A program made the position numbers and the translations under genes. Below the pieces are notes generated by a model. The model made no database searches. It worked only from the letters and a program-made list of their open reading frames with translations, and was not told where the DNA came from. Shown here piece after piece: positions 62,266-64,000 of a stretch of 64,000 nucleotides of DNA; positions within the stretch are counted from its first letter, which is position 1; every line of letters begins with the position of its first letter. The stretch comes from Pristiophorus japonicus (taxonomy: Eukaryota), in contig NC_091982.1 of the NCBI RefSeq assembly GCF_044704955.1, positions 111,972,001 to 112,036,000 of the forward strand. The letters run 5' to 3'.

Positions 62266-63320
62266 CATCCAGTTTGGGTTGAATGGGATTTAAAATGTAA
62301 AAAATCTGAAATAGGAACCCAAACCCCCGCGAAACCGCCCACTTGCGGTTTTAACAGAGGCAGGACAAGGGGCAGGCGATCAATCTGGCCTCAGGAGGTG
62401 GGTCCTGGTCACTTAAACTATTTTCAGGAAGCTGCGAGCCTCCATTTTAACGGGATTTCTATTTTTAACCCATGTTGGCCGTGTTTCCCGGGACTTGTGG
62501 AACCCGACATGTAAAAGGTGGCGAGAGGAGCTAAATCCTTCAGGTCAGTGCCTTTACAGCACTGCTTGTGGGCCACGTGGAGCTGGAGTGTTGCCTCCAG
62601 GCCTGACAAGCTTACCTTTAAACCCCCCACCGTCACCTCCACGTTCTCCACACTGAATCCCACCCCCCCACCACTGATCCCCTTTCGGTCTCCCCCTTCC
62701 CCTGCATCACCGACTCCATGACTTTCGGGGAAACCCGCAGTTCCGAGCTTCCCGAACGGAACCCCTCCCCCTCCGCTCCGAAATCCTGCTGCGGTGATTA
62801 TGGAGGCCAACCTTTCAGTTAGGTTTGTGTCTGGCCCTTTTATCTGGAACTGATTCTTGGAAGATGTGAAAGAGGAATTTGGGGCTGTTTCACCTGCTTG
62901 TTTGCATTCTCTGCTTGTGCTTACTGCGTGATGCACCCTCGGCACCGCCTCCTGATGACTCAGTAATCGGCAACTGCTGCCGTGTAACGCCACGTGCTTC
63001 AGCTTTGCCCTAGATCTAACGAGCAAAGCCTTCTTCTCACTCCACCCCCCACGCTCCCGCCACAGGATGGCCAACACAGACCTTCCTCGTGGTGCACTGC
63101 CTTCCCGCGCCAACTGGAAAGCGAACAGACTCATTGGGGTAATTCTAACTCCCATCCAAGATGGGTGGGTTTGGTTCAGGTGGGTGGTTTAAAAAACCAA
63201 AAAAAAAAAATTCTAACACAGGAACCCAAACTGCCTCGATCACGCCCACTTCCAGTTTTAAGAGGCGGTTTCAGCGATGGGCAACAATCCATTCTCAGGA
63301 GTCGGGTTGGTCATTTAAAT

Positions 63321-63480
63321 AGAAACATAGAAAATGAGTGCAGGATAAGGCCATTCAGCCCTTCGAGCCTGCACCACCATTCAATAAGATCATGGCTGAT
63401 CATTCACCTCAGTAACCCTTTCCTGCTTTCTCTCCATACCCCTGATCCCTTTAGCCGTAAGAGCCATATCTAACTCCCTC
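63321..63480 (-). mobile_element. CR1 3' fragment nested in the MITE-like element
   Basis: AGAAACATAGAAA tail; TTAAAT repeated at both junctions. Confidence 0.85.
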
Positions 63481-63699
63481 TTAAATATTATAATGGGGAG
63501 ACAATGCCTCCATTTTAACAGTGATTCTATTTTTAACTACAGTCCGCCGGCTTTCTTCAGCCCTGGGAAAACCGGCAGCAGAAAGGAGGCAGGAAAGGCG
63601 GCCGATGAGGTAAGCGTCTTACAGCACTGCTCATGGGCCAGGAGAAGTGGGCGTGTTTCCTACAGGCCCAACAAGTATACCTGTAAACTCCGCCTGCTG

Positions 63700-63915
63700 C
63701 CTCCCCCCACCACCCACCCCGTGATCAGACCCCTAACCACACCTTCCCCCCCCCCATGATCAGACCCCTAACCACACACCCGCACCCACCCCCCCGTGAT
63801 CAGACCCCTAACCGCACCCCCGCACCCACCCCTCCCGTGATCAGACCCCTAACCGCACCCCCGCACCCACCCCTCCCGTGATCAGACCCCTAACCACACC
63901 CCCCCCCCACCCCCC
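63700..63915 (+). repeat. C-rich minisatellite, ~5 copies of a ~40 bp unit
   Basis: Unit CCCGTGATCAGACCCCTAACCGCACCCCCGCACCCACCCCT. Confidence 0.9.
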
Positions 63916-64000
63916 ACTACACCTATCCACTCTCAGCTCCGCTGCAGCCTTGTGCTGCAGAGTTCCCGCCCAACAGGCAGCTAAGCTGGCCTGTCAATAG

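Larger units (their letters stand above)
62270..64000. mobile_element. Two related MITE-like elements in tandem (62270-63130; 63137-end)
   Basis: Shared blocks AGGAACCCAAAC..CGCCCACTT..GCCTCCATTTTAAC..TCTATTTTTAAC; TIR-like GGGGTAATTCTAAC at ~63137. Confidence 0.5.

Noticed and set aside
62424-63155. 243-aa ORF
   Set aside because: Lies in GC-rich MITE-like repeats, is low in complexity and has no domain signature.

Overview
Vertebrate genomic DNA, most likely a shark or other cartilaginous fish (inferred from the repeat families). Most of the window is transposable elements: several CR1 LINE subfamilies (often nested), RTE LINEs with non-autonomous derivatives, L2 3' ends, Deu-domain tRNA SINEs, a Vingi-like LINE fragment, a solo LTR, and many PIF/Harbinger remnants and MITEs. 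The only host gene I can support is a P2RY10-like lysophosphatidylserine receptor (40118-41080, minus strand), with its CDS in one exon. The most striking observation is a ~3.2-kb non-LTR retrotransposon (14780->8957, minus strand, after removing nested CR1s). It starts with a tRNA-derived A/B-box head, runs into an APE endonuclease/RT coding region with no ORF1, and has no TTTT (Pol III terminator) on its sense strand. A SINE made of its 5' ~320 nt plus its 3' tail lies at 23946-24622. Together these suggest a candidate Pol III-transcribed LINE and its own SINE. Two near-perfect local inverted duplications, each straddling a Harbinger-type TIR, are also notable. Boundaries of old repeats were read by eye and are approximate; no database searches were run.
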